From Chloroflexia bacterium (GTDB lineage Bacteria > Chloroflexota > Chloroflexia > Thermomicrobiales > CADCWN01): 64,000 nucleotides of DNA. The notes beneath the pieces are model-generated. The model saw nothing but the letters and a program-made list of their open reading frames with translations. It had not been told where the DNA came from and did not search any database. Location: NCBI GenBank assembly GCA_039810045.1, contig JBDHWF010000001.1, positions 846 to 64,845 of the forward strand, in the 5' to 3' direction. The stretch's first letter is position 1, and each line of letters begins with the position of its first letter. Shown in pieces: positions 28,026 to 37,721 of the stretch. Position numbers and translations under genes: made by a program.

Positions 28026-28319
28026 ATGATTCAGCGACATCGCTTGCTCGTGCTCACCATGATCCTGTTCGGCGCGCTGGCCCTGGTGCTGAGTGGTTGC
28101 GGCACTAACGGCCCCAAAAGCGTCAAAGGCACCGTTGTTGCGGTTGATGCTGCGGCCAAGACCTTCAGCATTCAGGGCACAGACGGCAAGAAATACGATT
28201 TCAAAGCAGGGAGTGGCGTTGATCTCGCTCATGTGAAAGAACATATGGACGAAAAGGCGCAGATCGAAGTGACCTACACTGGGAGTACGCCACCGTACGA
28301 TGCGAGTGCTGCCCATTGA
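28026..28319 (+). CDS. small lipoprotein, hypothetical
   Basis: Lipobox LVLSGCG after a hydrophobic signal. It starts 15 nt after the UxaA-like stop and overlaps the next gene's start. Confidence 0.55.
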   Translation: MIQRHRLLVLTMILFGALALVLSGCGTNGPKSVKGTVVAVDAAAKTFSIQGTDGKKYDFKAGSGVDLAHVKEHMDEKAQIEVTYTGSTPPYDASAAH

Positions 28320-29254
28320 CGTCTGAAACGGCAAGCGCTCTGCTCTTGCAAGGGCCAGGGCAACTGGCGTGGATCACCACGCCGCTGCCCGCCGTCAACG
28401 CCGATGAGATCCAGGTCGAGACCAAAGCCGGGGCGATCAGTAGTGGTACCGAACTGCCCCAATTTTGTGGGCGATCACGCAATGTCGCGGCACCTCAATA
28501 CCCCAAGATGACTGGCTACGAGAGTGTGGGGATCGTCACCGCCACTGGCGCTACCGTTGCTGGCTTATCTGTCGGGACACGGGTTGTGGCAACCTACGGT
28601 CATCGCACGCGGGCGGTTATCTCCGCCACCAAAGCCATCGCCATTCCCGATGAGATCCGCAACCCCGCCGCGTTGCTACTGATCCTCAGTGGCGATGTAG
28701 CGACTGGTATTGCGAAACTCGGCAGTCAGCCACCCCCATCAGTGCTGATCACGGGAGCAGGCACGATTGGCCTACTCGCCATCTTTGTGCTGGCGGCGCG
28801 GGGCACGCCAATGATTGATGTAGTTGAGCCAGACCCCCAACGTCGCGCCCTGGCGCTGGCGTTTGGCGCGCGCCTCGCCGTAGCCCCCGCGAATGCCGTC
28901 AGACTGGAGAACACTTACGCCGCTGGAGTCGAATGTTCAAGTCTCGATGCGGCTTTCAGGCTCTTGCAGCAACGATTACAACCACACGCCCGCCTTTGCG
29001 TCCTGTCCGACGGTAATCGCGAACCACTCACCCTCACGCCACACTTTCACGAACGGCAATTGACGGTTATCGGCTCCAGCGATTGCCCCGATTACCACGT
29101 CCACGCTCGCTGGTATTTCCCGCTGGCTGCCCGCCACCAGAACACCCTGGAACAACTCTTCGACTTACAGATTGCTGCCAGCGAACTGCCGCAAACATTC
29201 GCCGATCTCGCGGCGGGCAATCTTGCGGCAGTCAAGGTGCTGATACACTACTGA
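28316..29254 (+). CDS. medium-chain dehydrogenase/reductase (zinc-type alcohol dehydrogenase-like) protein
   Basis: GYESVGIV substrate-domain motif and Rossmann motif ITGAGTIGLLAI. The start is TTG, overlapping the upstream stop by 4 nt. Confidence 0.65.
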   Translation: MTSETASALLLQGPGQLAWITTPLPAVNADEIQVETKAGAISSGTELPQFCGRSRNVAAPQYPKMTGYESVGIVTATGATVAGLSVGTRVVATYGHRTRAVISATKAIAIPDEIRNPAALLLILSGDVATGIAKLGSQPPPSVLITGAGTIGLLAIFVLAARGTPMIDVVEPDPQRRALALAFGARLAVAPANAVRLENTYAAGVECSSLDAAFRLLQQRLQPHARLCVLSDGNREPLTLTPHFHERQLTVIGSSDCPDYHVHARWYFPLAARHQNTLEQLFDLQIAASELPQTFADLAAGNLAAVKVLIHY

Positions 29255-30306
29255 GGGCGTGGAGGAACCTCCACGCCGGCGATCTCGGCCACCATCTGGA
29301 AGAACTGCTGCTTGCGGGGTGTATTGATCCCCCAATTTACTGGCACTAATTGGTAGCCTTCAACATAGTCGGAGTGCGCTCCAGCACCACCAACCCCTTC
29401 GCCAGGGTCAAAATAGCCCCATGAGGCATGATTCACCACGGCGACTGCAAAGTTGTTTTCTTCCTGATCAAAGGCGAAGTGGTCATCTTCATTGAAGACA
29501 ATCGGCATCGGACGATAGCTTGGCAACGCCCGTGTTTGCGCGATCATCTCGGCGATAAATGCGGGGTCGGTCACGCCATTGCCATGCAGCAATAAGAAGT
29601 CGGACGCAGCGACGACGGCATCAGTGGGGACTGACCGCCCGCGAAAGCTGGTGCCAACGAGCAGCCGCCGTGAATCCGCCGTGATCTCCTTTGCAACCAG
29701 GATCAGTTCGTGTACCCGCGCTGGCTGCAAAATCTCATGCTCATAGTGTGGCACATCACACTCGTTGTTGATCTCCAGCAGCAGATTCTCCCAACCACCT
29801 GCCAGCAACCAGCGCACCGTTTCCGCAACCGCCCGCTGGACAGCCGCTTCGTCCGCCAATCGCTCATCCTGGCCGAAGTAAAAGCAGCCCACAATCACGA
29901 CCATGCCCAGTTGATCGGCAAGGTCGAGAATCTGCCGCAAACGCTCCATGAACTCAGCCCGCAAATCTCCTTCAGCGGTGTAGGCGCTATTGTCCCACGG
30001 CTGCGCCTTGCTATAGCCTTCGGGCGAACCACCTTGCAAATTCACCGTAATCCCCAATAGCCCATATTGGCGATAGATGGGCAGCATCGCCAGAAACTCT
30101 TGCAGATTCCGCTCGGGATCCCACTTGTTCGTATCAGGATAACGCCAGCGGTCACGCGTGGCGGGGTTCAGATCGTCAAAGGTAGCCTGCACCATCCGCG
30201 AGTTCAGCAGTAAGCCCTCAACCCGCTGCCCGCGCCAGTGGCGTCCGGCATAGGTCGGGCGACCATCGATCAGGAAATCCTCACCAACAATCGTTACCTG
30301 GGTCAT
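29248..30306 (-). CDS. TIM-barrel glycoside-hydrolase-like protein (clan GH-A/GH5-like)
   Basis: LLEINNE (Asn-Glu acid/base-like motif) and alternating beta/alpha pattern. ATG 30306 follows GGGAAGGTG. The family call is tentative. Confidence 0.45.
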   Translation of the reverse strand: MTQVTIVGEDFLIDGRPTYAGRHWRGQRVEGLLLNSRMVQATFDDLNPATRDRWRYPDTNKWDPERNLQEFLAMLPIYRQYGLLGITVNLQGGSPEGYSKAQPWDNSAYTAEGDLRAEFMERLRQILDLADQLGMVVIVGCFYFGQDERLADEAAVQRAVAETVRWLLAGGWENLLLEINNECDVPHYEHEILQPARVHELILVAKEITADSRRLLVGTSFRGRSVPTDAVVAASDFLLLHGNGVTDPAFIAEMIAQTRALPSYRPMPIVFNEDDHFAFDQEENNFAVAVVNHASWGYFDPGEGVGGAGAHSDYVEGYQLVPVNWGINTPRKQQFFQMVAEIAGVEVPPRPQ

Positions 30307-30395
30307 TGCACACCTTCCCTGAATACTATCACCAAGCCTGCTCAGGAGAAGCAAAGGGGCTGACAGGCAATACCTGTCAGCCCCTGCCAAAAATC

Positions 30396-31763
30396 TTACC
30401 GCGCCAGTGCGCCCATCGGGTCCCAGGCAGGGAGGACAATCGGCTCCTGCTCCAGGGCTGCTTGCAACTCAGCGGGAAGCAATTCTTTCCGGGCGGCGAT
30501 CTCGAATGTGTATTGGTCGAACCAGGAGTCGTTCATCGTATAGAACCCCTTCTGGCCGTTTTCCTCGCCCCAGGAATTTTCAACACGCCAGCGGCGAACC
30601 TGACCATCGACCAGATCGACCCCGGTAAAGAGCATCGCGTGAGTCATCTGGGTTTCGTGGTAATCCAGGCGTGCGGCTTTGTCCTGCGTATAGCCTTCAC
30701 CATAGATCGCGGCATAGTCGAGCAGCGCAGCGTCCCAAAGGCCCAGTTTACGCTCCATCTGCTTACCCACATCGCAGCCAAACCAGACCGGCTCCCCACC
30801 GACAATGACCTGTTGCGCGATCGCTTTCATCAGATCGATCTCGATGTTCAAGTATTTCACGATCCCACCACCAACTACGTTGCCAAGATATTCGACTGTG
30901 AAAGTATGCCCGGTCGGGCTAGTCTGCCGTGGGTCATGCACCAGGCAAACATATTCGTCGATTGGCACCGTGATGTATGCCGCTGCAAACTCCTGTGGCG
31001 TTGTCTCCTGATCGCGGTGGAACTGCCCATCCTGGTCCGTCCACTGCCAGGTGAACCGTGCTGGTGGTGTGCCCAGGTGAATGCAAAGCATTCGGTAGAT
31101 CGTTCGCAGCAAGGTTTCTTTCCGCTCCGTCAGCGCGGCAGTATCAGCGCCCTGCGCGTGGAGTGCGCGCAATTCCTGCGCCCCTTCGCGCAGTTTCGCT
31201 CGCAACAGGCTATTCATCGTGCGCGTTTCGGACGAACTCTGCGTCTCGGGCATCACCGCTTTCGGCACTACGCCGTGCTTTTTCACCAGATTGATGAACA
31301 TATTCCACTGTCCACCGTCTTCAACCGGGCGATCCAGCAGGAAGCTAACAGTGCGATCGTCCAGTGGGCGGTCAGCAGTCTCAATAATCGCTTCGTAGAA
31401 ATAGTTGGCTCGCTCAAATTTATCCCAGAACATCATGTAGTTCTGGCTGAACTCAAAATCTTTCAGGCCCATCTTCTGCATCGCACCGGCCCGGAACAGG
31501 TTGAGGCCAGCAAAGAGCCAGCAACGACCAGTCTGCTTCTGATTCGTCACCGCCCAATCGTCGAGCTTGTGCGAAAAGGTGTGGGCGCTTTCCACCACTA
31601 CTGCATGATTAAGCGCCACCGTGTTAATCGCCGTGCCAACGACGGCATTCTGGGCAATCGTATTGGCGCGGTTCGCAGCGAACTCATCGCGTAATGTCGC
31701 CAGATAGTCTGCTGATACTGCGCCCGCTTCGCTCGTCTGCGGTCGGGTCTCAAACGTGACCAT
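30396..31763 (-). CDS. pepC: aminopeptidase C / bleomycin hydrolase (peptidase C1B)
   Basis: Active-site block NQKQTGRCWLFAGLN, then the HAMLFTGVD His region and ENSWG. Confidence 0.85.
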   Translation of the reverse strand: MVTFETRPQTSEAGAVSADYLATLRDEFAANRANTIAQNAVVGTAINTVALNHAVVVESAHTFSHKLDDWAVTNQKQTGRCWLFAGLNLFRAGAMQKMGLKDFEFSQNYMMFWDKFERANYFYEAIIETADRPLDDRTVSFLLDRPVEDGGQWNMFINLVKKHGVVPKAVMPETQSSSETRTMNSLLRAKLREGAQELRALHAQGADTAALTERKETLLRTIYRMLCIHLGTPPARFTWQWTDQDGQFHRDQETTPQEFAAAYITVPIDEYVCLVHDPRQTSPTGHTFTVEYLGNVVGGGIVKYLNIEIDLMKAIAQQVIVGGEPVWFGCDVGKQMERKLGLWDAALLDYAAIYGEGYTQDKAARLDYHETQMTHAMLFTGVDLVDGQVRRWRVENSWGEENGQKGFYTMNDSWFDQYTFEIAARKELLPAELQAALEQEPIVLPAWDPMGALAR

Positions 31764-31834
31764 GCTACGTCCTCCTTACTGCATTGTTGTACCGAACGTT
31801 AGCCCTACTCTAACATGAATCAGCGCCGCTGCCA

Positions 31835-32611
31835 CTAGCGGGCAGTCAAGCCCCCATCAATCGTTACTGCCGAACCAGTCATAAACTCGGCGGCATCAGA
31901 GGCAAGGTAGACCGCAAGATCGGCAATTTCGTCGGGCCGCCCCATCCGCCCAACTGGTTGGCGGGCGTGCAATTCCACTACCGTTTCATCTTTGTTCTCT
32001 TTGTGGAAACGGTCAAGATACGATTCGACAAATGGCGAGTAGACAGTACCAGGACAGATGCAGTTGCAGCGTACCCCAGTGCCAGCGTAGTCCACGGCGA
32101 TCGATTTACTCAGCGCCACCACTGCGCCTTTCGTCGCCCCATAGGCGAACCGCCGCGATACCGCGACCAGCCCCGCCACCGAGCCGATATTGATGATCGT
32201 GCCGCCTTTCGGCTCCTGGGCCAGCATCACTGGGATCGCTGCGGCACAGGTCAGGTAGGTGCCAGTGACGTTGACCGCAAAGAGTTTTGCCCACTCATTT
32301 TCCGGCGTTTCCTCAACGTTGCCCACAAAACCGATTCCCGCGCAGTTGACCAATGAATCCAACCGCCCGAAGCGTGCTTGGGCCAACGCCACCGCCGCCG
32401 CCGCGTCATCGGCCCGTGTTACGTCAAGTTGAATGAACGCGGCGTTCTCGCCCAACTGCATTGCCAAGGTTTCGCCTGTTGCAACATTGAGGTCGCCCAA
32501 CACCACCTGCGCCCCCTGCTCGATAAAGGCCTTGGCAGTTGCTGCGCCAATCCCCGACGCGGCACCAGTAATGAGGGCGACTTTTCCTGCCAGACTAAAT
32601 CGCGCGGTCAT
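31835..32611 (-). CDS. SDR-family oxidoreductase (possibly 2-keto-3-deoxy-L-fuconate dehydrogenase-like)
   Basis: TGAASGIGAA cofactor motif and YGATKGAV catalytic motif. The function is guessed from its fucose-cluster context. Confidence 0.8.
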   Translation of the reverse strand: MTARFSLAGKVALITGAASGIGAATAKAFIEQGAQVVLGDLNVATGETLAMQLGENAAFIQLDVTRADDAAAAVALAQARFGRLDSLVNCAGIGFVGNVEETPENEWAKLFAVNVTGTYLTCAAAIPVMLAQEPKGGTIINIGSVAGLVAVSRRFAYGATKGAVVALSKSIAVDYAGTGVRCNCICPGTVYSPFVESYLDRFHKENKDETVVELHARQPVGRMGRPDEIADLAVYLASDAAEFMTGSAVTIDGGLTAR

Positions 32612-32626
32612 CAGTACAACTCCCTT

Positions 32627-33601
32627 CTACTGCTTCTTCCAGCGATTCGCTTCGGGGTCTTCCGCTGGTTGATCATCGAGCGCCGCAAATGCCGACCAAA
32701 GGGCGTCAGGGATCGGGAATGTCGCCAATTCCGCCGTCTGGACAATCCGCTCAGGGCGGGTCATTCCCACAATCGTCGTCGCGATTCGTGGGTCACGAAT
32801 CGAGAATTGCAGCGCGGCAGCGGCGAGCGGCACGTCATATTCAGCACAGATCGCGGCAAACTGCTGCACCCGTGCCACGAGGTCTGCCGACGCTTCCTGA
32901 TAAGCATAACGCGGATATGAATCAGGGCCTTTCGCCAGTATCCCACTACCGTACGGGGCAGCGTTCGCGACGGCTACACCCCGCGCCGCGCAGACAGCGA
33001 TTAATGGCTCTGCCGAGCGGTTTACCAAGGTGTAGCGATTGTGCGTGATAGCCACCGCATATGCGCCAGTTTCTACGTACTGAATCGTCAGATCGATTGG
33101 CCCAGGAGCAACACCGAGATGCTCAATCAACCCTTCTTCTTTCAGGCGCACCAGGGTCTCGACAGCGCCACCAGTAGCGTTCAATTCGGCAAATGAGGCG
33201 TGTTCGGGGTCATGCAGGTAGACCAGTTGCAACCGTTCCAGCCCCAGCAACCGCAGGCTACGCTCAACCGAGCGCCGCATCTGCTCGCCAGTAAACTCAC
33301 CAGTCTGCAAGTCGCGGTCGGCTTTCGTCGCCAACACGACGCCATCAGGGAGCCCCCCAAGCTCCTTCAGCACGATCCCAATCCGGCGTTCGCTTTCGCC
33401 ATCGCCATATGAGGCAGCCGTGTCGATAAAATTGATCGGGCCATCACAGGCTGCGCGGATCGTCGCCAATGCTCGCTCTTCAGGAACAGAGTAGGCAAAC
33501 GTTTCGGGCATATCCCCAAGCGGCGCACAACCCAAGCAAACGGGTGTCACCATCAGCCCGGTTGAGCCAAGCGAGCGCCGGGGTAGCGGATTCACGGTCA
33601 T
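32627..33601 (-). CDS. aldo/keto reductase (possibly L-fucose/D-threo-aldose 1-dehydrogenase-like)
   Basis: AKR blocks FIDTAASYGDGESE, LATK and LQLVYLHDP. The function is guessed from context. Confidence 0.8.
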   Translation of the reverse strand: MTVNPLPRRSLGSTGLMVTPVCLGCAPLGDMPETFAYSVPEERALATIRAACDGPINFIDTAASYGDGESERRIGIVLKELGGLPDGVVLATKADRDLQTGEFTGEQMRRSVERSLRLLGLERLQLVYLHDPEHASFAELNATGGAVETLVRLKEEGLIEHLGVAPGPIDLTIQYVETGAYAVAITHNRYTLVNRSAEPLIAVCAARGVAVANAAPYGSGILAKGPDSYPRYAYQEASADLVARVQQFAAICAEYDVPLAAAALQFSIRDPRIATTIVGMTRPERIVQTAELATFPIPDALWSAFAALDDQPAEDPEANRWKKQ

Positions 33602-33628
33602 TGGTTCCTTCCTCCTTCGCGGGCTGGT

Positions 33629-33991
33629 TTATTGTCCACCTGGCTGATGCTGCGGCCAACTCAGCGCAAAGACTTCTTCCATCAGCGCCCACCACTCATC
33701 GGGCGCGGCCTCTGGCGCCCGCTCCTGTAACTCGGCCATCCAGCGATTCCACTCTGCCGACTGGGGGTCATCGTTAATCCGCACAAAGTCACGCGCTGGT
33801 TCAAACTGGTCATCCGTTTCGAGGTACATGAACATTCGGCGGTCGCGCAGGAAGATCCGCATTTCCTGCACGCCAACCTCACGCAGCCGTGCAGTGACCG
33901 CGGGCCAGACCCGCTGATGCGCTTCTTTGTAGGCGGCAATCTTCGCTGGGTCGTCTTGTAGGCAGAGAGTCTGCCCGAAATATTGCGTCAT
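33629..33991 (-). CDS. L-rhamnose/L-fucose mutarotase family (RhaM/DUF718) protein
   Basis: YKEAHQRVWPAV...GVQEMRIFLRDRRMFMYLE...W..WM matches the family pattern. Length is 120 aa. Confidence 0.8.
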   Translation of the reverse strand: MTQYFGQTLCLQDDPAKIAAYKEAHQRVWPAVTARLREVGVQEMRIFLRDRRMFMYLETDDQFEPARDFVRINDDPQSAEWNRWMAELQERAPEAAPDEWWALMEEVFALSWPQHQPGGQ

Positions 33992-34024
33992 GCTTCCTCC
34001 TTATCAGCGGCCAGTATCAGGCAG

Positions 34025-35317
34025 TCAATCATTCAGAAAAAGCTCAATCACCGGCACCAGCACATTGGGGCGTTGTACGGGCAACTCCAGCACCAGCGTG
34101 CCGGCTGTTCCGGCCATCGTAATCGTGCTGGCAGCCTGATCTGGGTCCGACTCAATCATCCGAATCTCCGAGCCATCATTGAGCAACTGCGCGTAGGCCA
34201 CTTTGCCTGCAAAGCCATCTAGATGGATATGGCGCAGCGGCCAGGCGAAGATATGCAGATAGAGCCGTCCAGCATTCTCAGTAAAGCGGCAGTCAGGCGG
34301 CGGCACCTGCTCACTCACCGTGCAGCCATAGATCGCCCGCCCATGCAGCCGCAGCCATTCGCCCAGTGCGGCGAGTGTTGCCGAAGCACGCGGCTCAAAC
34401 TCACCACGGGCGTTCGGCCCCACATTCAACAGCAAGTTGCCACCCTTGGAGACGGTATCAACGAGCAGACGCGCTAATAAGTCAGGGGATTTCCAATCGA
34501 GGTTATCGCGGTCGTAGCCCCAACTCCCGTTCAGCGTCTGGCAGGCTTCCCACAAAACCCGCGCCCCATCGCGCTCCATCCAGGCGCGCGGCTGATATTG
34601 CTCTGGCGTCAACAGATCCGCGCTACCTGGGAGATCGAGGCGATCATTGACGATGATCCCCGGTTGCAGTTCACGCGCCAGTTGTAGCAATCCTGCCGAG
34701 TCCCAATCATCCCGCCCTTTACCGCCCCAGACAAGATCGGGATACGAGAAGTCGAACCAGATAATCTCAATCGGCCCATAGTTCGTCAGCAGTTCCCGCA
34801 CCTGTCCGTGCAGGTAGGCCCGATATTTGGCAATATCACGGCCCCTGGTCGCCGCCTTAAACTCCTCATCATCACGCTGCGAGTGGATCCCATCAACCGG
34901 GAATTCTGGATGATGCCAGTCGAGCAAGGAATGATAAAAGCCAATCTTCAACCCCTCGGCCCGAAAAGCCTCAACAAAAGGCCGCAGCAGGTCACGACCT
35001 GCAGGGGTATTGGGGGCTTTATACTCGGTTAGCGCCGAGTCCCAAAGGCAAAACCCTTCGTGATGCTTCGTCGTCAATACCACGTAGCGCATTCCCGCTG
35101 CTTTGGCCTGTCTGGCCCAGGCAACCGGGTCATAAAGGTCAGGGTCAAAGTGCGCGAAATACCGATCATAGTGATCATCGTTCAATTGCTCGCGCTGCCG
35201 CACCCATTCATGGCGGGCGGGCAAGGCATAGAGCCCCCAATGAATAAACAGACCAAAGCGATCCTGAACAAACCAAGCAGTATCACCGCCCGTTGGGTAC
35301 GGCCCTGCCTTCGTCAT
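34025..35317 (-). CDS. alpha-L-fucosidase (GH29)
   Basis: RFGLFIHWGLYALPA, TKHHEGFCLWDS and IWFD blocks. Confidence 0.9.
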   Translation of the reverse strand: MTKAGPYPTGGDTAWFVQDRFGLFIHWGLYALPARHEWVRQREQLNDDHYDRYFAHFDPDLYDPVAWARQAKAAGMRYVVLTTKHHEGFCLWDSALTEYKAPNTPAGRDLLRPFVEAFRAEGLKIGFYHSLLDWHHPEFPVDGIHSQRDDEEFKAATRGRDIAKYRAYLHGQVRELLTNYGPIEIIWFDFSYPDLVWGGKGRDDWDSAGLLQLARELQPGIIVNDRLDLPGSADLLTPEQYQPRAWMERDGARVLWEACQTLNGSWGYDRDNLDWKSPDLLARLLVDTVSKGGNLLLNVGPNARGEFEPRASATLAALGEWLRLHGRAIYGCTVSEQVPPPDCRFTENAGRLYLHIFAWPLRHIHLDGFAGKVAYAQLLNDGSEIRMIESDPDQAASTITMAGTAGTLVLELPVQRPNVLVPVIELFLND

Positions 35318-35522
35318 TTCATACTCCTCAATATCCTAACCACTGATGAACCCGCTACCGCATTCTACAACGTCTCTCCGCTTGCTGTACTACGAAGAAT
35401 CTTCATCCCCAGCTAAGTATCACTTAATCAATCCTTCATCAAACAACGATATACTCTGAACAACAACACTGCTTACGTGACTGCCAACCAGCAGAACCAA
35501 CCACGCAAACAGGAGAAAGATC

Positions 35523-36215
35523 ATGGGTACTGAATCAACTGCCGAACGCCAGGTACGGGCCCTGGTCGTCGACGACGAAGAAACTATTCTCGAGTTCCTG
35601 GGCATGGGCCTGGGGTACGAAGGCTTTATGGTCGAAACCGCGCAAGATGGTCCCAGCGCGCTGGCCGCTGCTGATCGCTTCCGGCCCGACATTGTTTTGC
35701 TCGACTGGATGCTGCCCGGTCTTGATGGTGTTGAAGTCTGTCGCCGCTTACGAGCCAAGGGCGATGTTGGCATTATCATGTTGACCGCCAAGGGCGAGAC
35801 TGACGAGCGAATCGCTGGTCTGGACGCTGGTGCCGACGACTATGTTCCCAAACCATTCCGCTTCCAGGAACTGCTGGCGCGGATTCGCGCCGTACTCCGG
35901 CGTCGTGATATCGTGCTTCATCGCGTCTTGAAGGCCGCTGATGTTACCCTGGATCGTGGCACGCGGGAGGTGGTGCGCGATGGGATACAAATTGAACTGA
36001 CCCCACGCGAATTTGATCTGCTTGAACTCTTGCTTGCCCATCCTGGTCAGGTCTTCCCTCGCGAAACGATCTTGAATCGACTTTGGGGATACACTTTCGT
36101 TGGTGATAGTAACGTGATTGATGTCCATATCGGTGCATTGCGCGAAAAGCTCGGTGATCGCCCACCGAAGTTGATTCAGGCAGTGCGCGGTGTTGGCTAT
36201 GTGCTACGGGCCTGA
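35523..36215 (+). CDS. OmpR-family response regulator
   Basis: REC domain (VVDDEETILEF...DIVLLDWMLPGLDG...TAKG) plus winged helix (LTPREFDLLELL...VRGVGYVL). Confidence 0.9.
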   Translation: MGTESTAERQVRALVVDDEETILEFLGMGLGYEGFMVETAQDGPSALAAADRFRPDIVLLDWMLPGLDGVEVCRRLRAKGDVGIIMLTAKGETDERIAGLDAGADDYVPKPFRFQELLARIRAVLRRRDIVLHRVLKAADVTLDRGTREVVRDGIQIELTPREFDLLELLLAHPGQVFPRETILNRLWGYTFVGDSNVIDVHIGALREKLGDRPPKLIQAVRGVGYVLRA

Positions 36216-36218
36216 GCA

Positions 36219-37715
36219 ATGTATCGGCGGATACGCGACATCTCCCTCAGTTGGCGGCTGACCGCGCTTTACGTCACGGTGCTGGCCGTTGTCCTGACGA
36301 TCCTGGGCGTCGTCCTCTACACGCGAGTCGAGGACTTCTTGCTGCGTGATACCGCCAGCCGCTTGCAGGCCAGTGCTAAACCGCCGAGTGGCCCAAACCG
36401 ACGACCCGACGATGGCAATATCACCGATCCTGCGCGCCTCGCTGATCTTGCCAAAAATATCTCATCCCAGGATACGACCGTCCAGATCATCAGCCCTGAT
36501 GGAACAATCTTAGCCACGGCAATCCCCTACAAAGGACGACCAACCGCCCCCACTGTTGATCCAACTTTAGTCCGCGAAGTCTACCGCACTGGCACCATTC
36601 ATCAGACGCGCCTGACGACCGACGATGAAGACCGTTTAATCCTCTTACAACCTTTTCCAATCGGCGACCACCCCACTGGGGTGGTGCAACTCACAACTTC
36701 GCTCGCCGCAATGGATAGCCTGCTCAACCAATTACGGCTGATGTTACTGGTCGGGGTGCTTGGTGCCGTAACGCTTGGGGCCATGATCGGTATTCCCGTC
36801 ACTCGCGCTGCGCTGCAACCGCTGGCGCGGGTGACTACCACCAGCGAACAGATCGCCGCTGGCGATCTCAGCCAGCGGACAAACCTGAGCAATCGCTATG
36901 ACGAGATTGGGCGGTTGGCGCTCGCCTTCGACAGCATGGTGGATCAGCTTGAGGAAACATTACGCGCCCAACGCCAGTTCGTCGCTGATGCCTCGCACGA
37001 GCTACGCACCCCCCTGACCGCCCTGGGGGGGCTGATCGAAATGTTGTTGCTTGGCGCAGACCGGGGTGATGCCGCCACGACCCAACGCGCTCTTAAGATG
37101 GCCGACCGCGAAATTGAACGCCTCTCGCGCCTAGTTGGCGATCTCCTTACCTTATCTCGGCTCGATGCTCACCCTGTCACACATCATCACCCCCTCGACC
37201 TCGCGGCATTGGTCAATGACGTTGGGGAGCAAACGCACTATCTTGCGGGCGAGCGCACGGTAATCTGGCAAGCCCCAGAGCCACTACTGATCAATGGTGA
37301 CCCCGATAAGTTGAAGCAGGTCTTGCTCAACCTGACCGGCAACGCGGTCGCCTTCACCACCACAACGGGACGTATCGAGCTTCGGGCGACCAGGCAAGGG
37401 CAAAATGCCTGTGTGCAGGTTGAGGACAACGGCAGCGGGATTCGCGCCGAAGATCTGCCGCGCCTATTCGAGCGGTTCTACCGTGGCGATAAGTCACGCG
37501 TCCGGCGGGCAGATGGTGGTGGTAACGGCCTTGGCCTCGCCATCGCCAAGGCGATCATTGAGGCGCACGGCGGCACTATCAGTGCCAAGAGTGTTGTTGA
37601 TCATGGCACAACCATCACGTTCACTATCCCGCTGGCGAACGCCCACCAGGAAACAACTGCAGAGTCAGGGGCAAACACCACCTATGCCGTACCAAAACCG
37701 CGCACAATATCTTAA
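36219..37715 (+). CDS. sensor histidine kinase (TM-periplasmic-TM-HAMP-HisKA-HATPase)
   Basis: H-box FVADASHELRTPLT, N-box LLNLTGNAV, and G-boxes DNGSGI / GGNGLGLAI. It starts 3 nt after the regulator gene. Confidence 0.9.
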   Translation: MYRRIRDISLSWRLTALYVTVLAVVLTILGVVLYTRVEDFLLRDTASRLQASAKPPSGPNRRPDDGNITDPARLADLAKNISSQDTTVQIISPDGTILATAIPYKGRPTAPTVDPTLVREVYRTGTIHQTRLTTDDEDRLILLQPFPIGDHPTGVVQLTTSLAAMDSLLNQLRLMLLVGVLGAVTLGAMIGIPVTRAALQPLARVTTTSEQIAAGDLSQRTNLSNRYDEIGRLALAFDSMVDQLEETLRAQRQFVADASHELRTPLTALGGLIEMLLLGADRGDAATTQRALKMADREIERLSRLVGDLLTLSRLDAHPVTHHHPLDLAALVNDVGEQTHYLAGERTVIWQAPEPLLINGDPDKLKQVLLNLTGNAVAFTTTTGRIELRATRQGQNACVQVEDNGSGIRAEDLPRLFERFYRGDKSRVRRADGGGNGLGLAIAKAIIEAHGGTISAKSVVDHGTTITFTIPLANAHQETTAESGANTTYAVPKPRTIS

Positions 37716-37721
37716 AGGCGT

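Noticed and set aside
30306-31694. 462-aa ORF on the plus strand.
   Set aside because: It is entirely antisense to the strongly recognisable pepC (C1B peptidase) gene. Its translation is Arg/His/Leu-rich and has no motifs. This is a typical shadow ORF of GC-rich DNA.
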